A stretch of DNA of 56,898 bases from Poseidonia sp. (GTDB taxonomy: Archaea; Thermoplasmatota; Poseidoniia; Poseidoniales; Poseidoniaceae): contig JAYQAK010000001.1 in NCBI GenBank assembly GCA_038136695.1, forward strand, positions 1-56,898, written 5' to 3'. Shown piece by piece: positions 53,729-56,898 of this stretch (the stretch's first letter is position 1; each line of letters starts with the position of its first letter). Below the pieces are notes generated by a model that was not told where the DNA came from, ran no database searches, and saw only the letters and a program-made list of their open reading frames with translations. Made by a program: the position numbers and the translations under genes.

Positions 53729-54745
53729 ATGCAGGTTGTTGTTTTGGCCGGAGGCGTTGGGTCTCGGCTCAGGCCGTGGACCAACAAGGTTCCCAAACCG
53801 CTGCTTCCTGTTCTTGACCGAACCCTGCTCGAGCACGTTGTTGGCTCCCTCCCTGAAGAATTGGTGGACGAGGTGGTGGTGGCTGGCGGTTACAAAGTTG
53901 ACCAAATCGAGGCCTACTTCAAGCAGGCTGACGCTCCTTTTGATGTTCGCATTGTCCCCGAGGATGAACCTCTTGGAACCGGTGGTGCCCTCGGCAATTG
54001 CAGGGATGTTGTGAGCGGAACCTTTGCCTGCTTCAACGGCGATATTGTCTCGTCCTTGGATGCCTCAAGTTTGTTGGCCTTGCACCGAACCAACCGGTCG
54101 GTTGGGACCCTTGGTCTTTGGGAAGTTGAAGACCCCACTCGATTTGGTATCGTGGGTTTGGACGATCAGAACTTGATCACGCAATTCAAAGAAAAACCCA
54201 AGCCCGAGGAGGTGTTTTCCACCCTCATCAACGCTGGCTCCTATGTGTTCAACGACGATGTCTTTGACTGGATGCCCCTCGGCAGACATTCTATAGAACG
54301 AGATGTGTTTCCGAAACTTGCTGCTGAAGGTTTGCTAAGCGGTTTGCCGTTTGAGGGCTATTTCATCGATGCGGGCACACCTGAAGCTTGGAATCAAGCC
54401 GTGCACGCCTCAATCAATCACCATCGATACCGTTCCGGGAAGTTGGCAGGTCAAGCACCTTCCTGGTACGCAGACGAAGCCTGTTTTCGACAAACCAGCA
54501 CTCCCGACACCATCCATCACTCAATGATCGCCCGAGGTTGCCGTGTAGGCACGTCCCGACTCTCCAACACGACCCTGTTGGAAGATGCTCAGGTTGGGCA
54601 TGGAAGCCACCTTGTTTCCTGTTTGGTTGGCCAAGGAGCCTCCATCGGAGACGGCTGCTCGCTGGAAGGCGTGGTCGTTGACCACGGGGCGGTGGTCCCC
54701 ACCGGCACGCAACAACAAGGCGGCCAGTGGCCCGGCAAGGCATGA
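53729..54745 (+). CDS. Sugar-phosphate nucleotidyltransferase with a C-terminal left-handed beta-helix region
   Basis: MQVVVLAGGVGSRLRPWTNKVPKPLLPV is the NTP-transferase signature, and the C-terminus has hexapeptide-like repeats. AAGGGAGG (Shine-Dalgarno-like) lies upstream of the ATG at 53729. Confidence 0.8.
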   Translation: MQVVVLAGGVGSRLRPWTNKVPKPLLPVLDRTLLEHVVGSLPEELVDEVVVAGGYKVDQIEAYFKQADAPFDVRIVPEDEPLGTGGALGNCRDVVSGTFACFNGDIVSSLDASSLLALHRTNRSVGTLGLWEVEDPTRFGIVGLDDQNLITQFKEKPKPEEVFSTLINAGSYVFNDDVFDWMPLGRHSIERDVFPKLAAEGLLSGLPFEGYFIDAGTPEAWNQAVHASINHHRYRSGKLAGQAPSWYADEACFRQTSTPDTIHHSMIARGCRVGTSRLSNTTLLEDAQVGHGSHLVSCLVGQGASIGDGCSLEGVVVDHGAVVPTGTQQQGGQWPGKA

Positions 54746-54809
54746 GATTCAGGGCTTTTCCCGTGTATTGGGGCAAACTTGCTAAAGGCAGGATGGCAGG
54801 CGTACCACC

Positions 54810-55475
54810 ATGGACCGCCCCCTCATCGTTGTGAACTTCAAGACCTATGCGAGCGCATCCGGCGAAGCTGCAGACCAACTTTTGCAGGCCATGGACGCTC
54901 ATGGCGACGGTCCTGCCGAGATGGTCGCTGCTGTTTCCGCCTTTGATTTGGGAGCCTTGGCCACTCTTTCGAAGAGCGTTCATGTTTGGTCGCAGCACCT
55001 CGATCCGGTCGGTTTGGGAGGCTTTACCGGCTGGCTGGAGCCACAAACGGCCATTTCGCGAGGCGCTGCAGGCACCCTCATCAACCACGCCGAGCACAAG
55101 GTCTCCCTCGAGCACGTCAAAACCTTGCTGGAGATGCTGCCCGATGGTTTTCCGGTCTGTGCATGTGCGGCCGATGTTGACGAAGCAAAGGCGCTTGCCG
55201 CACTTGGCCCCACCTTCATCGCTGTCGAGCCACCCGAACTGATTGGCGGTGACATCTCGGTCACCACGGCCGACCCTGCCATCGTCAGCGATACGGTGGC
55301 AGCGGTAAAAGCCGTGAACCCAGACGTGCGTGTCCTGTGCGGTGCTGGTGTCAAAAACGGGGCTGATGTTGCCAAAGCCCTTGAACTTGGTGCGGAGGGC
55401 GTGCTGTTGGCCAGTGGTGTGACCAAGGCGGACGATGTTCATGCCGTCCTTGCCGACTTGGTTTCCTCGCTTTGA
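54810..55475 (+). CDS. tpiA: Triosephosphate isomerase (short archaeal type)
   Basis: LIVVNFKTYASA, ...TLINHAEHK... and ...IAVEPPELIGG.... A length of 221 aa is typical for archaeal TIM. Confidence 0.85.
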   Translation: MDRPLIVVNFKTYASASGEAADQLLQAMDAHGDGPAEMVAAVSAFDLGALATLSKSVHVWSQHLDPVGLGGFTGWLEPQTAISRGAAGTLINHAEHKVSLEHVKTLLEMLPDGFPVCACAADVDEAKALAALGPTFIAVEPPELIGGDISVTTADPAIVSDTVAAVKAVNPDVRVLCGAGVKNGADVAKALELGAEGVLLASGVTKADDVHAVLADLVSSL

Positions 55476-56368
55476 TTCATTTGCACGTCCACAGCGTTCG
55501 TTTTCGCTGCGTGTAACCCGTCTCTTGCCGGACAGGCTGGCCGGTGCTGACAACCAAGGCAGGTGTTTTGCGAAGACGCCAATGGAACGCTGGAGAGGGA
55601 TGGGTCGGCCATCGCCGTTCGCTGAAGCCATTTCATTTCTTGGACATCGTGGTGAATCAAGGCCATGGCTTGATCGAGCATCTCTTCAGAAACCGCGACG
55701 TTGTGCTCAATCCATCGGTTGATGTTCCATCGAACAACTTTGATTCGATAGGCTTGCCAATCCTTTGGAAAACCCGGTTGATTCAACGCCCAGTGCACCA
55801 TCAAACCGTGCTCCAATTCCTGACTCAGCAAGGTCGTGGAAGGAGATCTGAACTGCAACCGAACAAGGGTCCAACGATGTTGGTGGTGAACGGCGACATC
55901 CGGGGCCGCATACAAGTAAAGGCTTGGAAGAGAAGCACCCTCTCGTCGGTCGAAGTAAGCCCAACGATGCGGTTTCGAACCGAACAAGGGACGCAACGAC
56001 AAGGTGTCCTCCAAGAGTTGCAGTTGTCGGATACCTCGATGAAGAGCCATGGTGATGTGAAGAGGGGGGACGGGATGTTCGAAAGACGTCATGGCTTCGT
56101 CCAGATGGTGTTGCAACCTTCGCTCGAGATAAAGCGGCGACCATGTTTTGCCGAGAAACTGATCTTGCATTCGTTCCTGCCACGTTGTTCGCATGCACTG
56201 GACTTGGGCCTCATCGAAGGTTCTTGGACGGCGAGACGTCGGACGAGGCCCACGCTGTTTTTGGAACGGGGCGTTGGTCTCGTGAGCGTAGGTGAGGACC
56301 CACGAACGAGGACAAGCGTTGAGCAAGCGGGCGCTGGTTTGACTCCAGTGAGGGAAGGTGTTGTTCAT
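55439..56368 (-). CDS. Short Cas4/RecB-like 4-Cys PD-(D/E)XK-family protein (paralogue C, no OB tail, catalytic motif apparently degenerate)
   Basis: NACPRSWVLTY (C19) and C270-x2-C273-x5-C279 (CLGCQHRPAC) parallel paralogues A and B. The segment aligned by eye to VVDIK reads LVRLQ. It overlaps the tpiA 3' end by 37 nt (convergent). Confidence 0.5.
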   Translation of the reverse strand: MNNTFPHWSQTSARLLNACPRSWVLTYAHETNAPFQKQRGPRPTSRRPRTFDEAQVQCMRTTWQERMQDQFLGKTWSPLYLERRLQHHLDEAMTSFEHPVPPLHITMALHRGIRQLQLLEDTLSLRPLFGSKPHRWAYFDRREGASLPSLYLYAAPDVAVHHQHRWTLVRLQFRSPSTTLLSQELEHGLMVHWALNQPGFPKDWQAYRIKVVRWNINRWIEHNVAVSEEMLDQAMALIHHDVQEMKWLQRTAMADPSLSSVPLASSQNTCLGCQHRPACPARDGLHAAKTNAVDVQMNQSEETKSARTA

Positions 56369-56407
56369 AGGTCGGTTGATTCACATCAACCGTCTTAACG
56401 CATGTGC

Positions 56408-56898
56408 CTAGAACACGCTGAGTTCGAAGACGTTGATGGTGACATTCAGCGCCATCCAAAGTGCAATTGGCGTGAGCACCCAGCCGACAAATTGTGCAAA
56501 CACCTCGCCGCCGAATTTGCCGAAGAGCCGAGAAAACGGACCTCCCCACGAGGCCACAATGCGAAGCAACAGCACCACCAAGCCTCCAGAAAGGGTCAGC
56601 AACACCAAGAACAACACTGCCGGCAGAATGCCCGAGGTCCCCGAAAGTGCTGAGGAGGCCACGGCTTGTGGGAACAAGTGAGGGAAGGCCAGCCATCCAA
56701 ACCAACCAAGCCACACGCCAAGCAGCACGTCTCGGTTCATGTCGACGGGGTCACGCCAATCTTGGAATCCTTTGGGGAACATTCCGTGAAGGAGTTTGCC
56801 GAGGAAGTCAGCTTCATACGGTGCACCTCGCTTCGCCGTGAAGAAGCACATCTCGAGCATCCACAGCATCATCACGATGTCGAGGACGAAACGAACGG
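56408..56898 (-). CDS. Hypothetical polytopic membrane protein; the 5' end probably lies beyond the window edge
   Basis: Hydrophobic W/F/L-rich helices. The reading frame stays open upstream of the GTG at 56875 to the window end. Confidence 0.5.
   Translation of the reverse strand, partial: VRFVLDIVMMLWMLEMCFFTAKRGAPYEADFLGKLLHGMFPKGFQDWRDPVDMNRDVLLGVWLGWFGWLAFPHLFPQAVASSALSGTSGILPAVLFLVLLTLSGGLVVLLLRIVASWGGPFSRLFGKFGGEVFAQFVGWVLTPIALWMALNVTINVFELSVF

Overview
GC-rich (by eye, not computed), gene-dense (about 55 CDS) archaeal chromosomal segment. All family calls come from reading motifs in the ORF translations; no alignments or searches were run. The archaeal assignment rests on L10e, L37e, L44e, S27e, aIF2-alpha, Nop10, ABCE1, RPA plus an RPA-associated protein, archaeal-type TIM, GGPP synthase, geranylgeranyl reductase and a class-III-signal pilin. 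The accessory content includes bacterial-type MutS/MutL, ETF with an acyl-CoA dehydrogenase, SucCD, a Tad-like pilus module and several beta-propeller surface proteins. It resembles heterotrophic marine Thermoplasmatota (MGII/Poseidoniales-like), but that is inference only. One tRNA-Ser(CGA) is present. I saw no rRNA, CRISPR array, transposase or integrase. Two ribosomal protein genes (S27e, L37e) fall below the ORF-track length cutoff and were recovered by hand. Main items for follow-up: (1) two tandem paralogous genes, each fusing a Cas4/RecB-like 4-Cys PD-(D/E)XK nuclease to C-terminal OB-fold-like domains, plus a third shorter and apparently degenerate paralogue near the window end; (2) a zinc-ribbon / Q-P-rich / polycationic (GGPPGPKK)n repeat protein lying 14 nt upstream of a 922-aa SF2 helicase; (3) a stand-alone MCM N-terminal-domain protein; (4) a Tad/Epd-like pilus module with a split platform protein; (5) tandem phytoene/squalene synthase paralogues. 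The rest is ordinary housekeeping and central metabolism.
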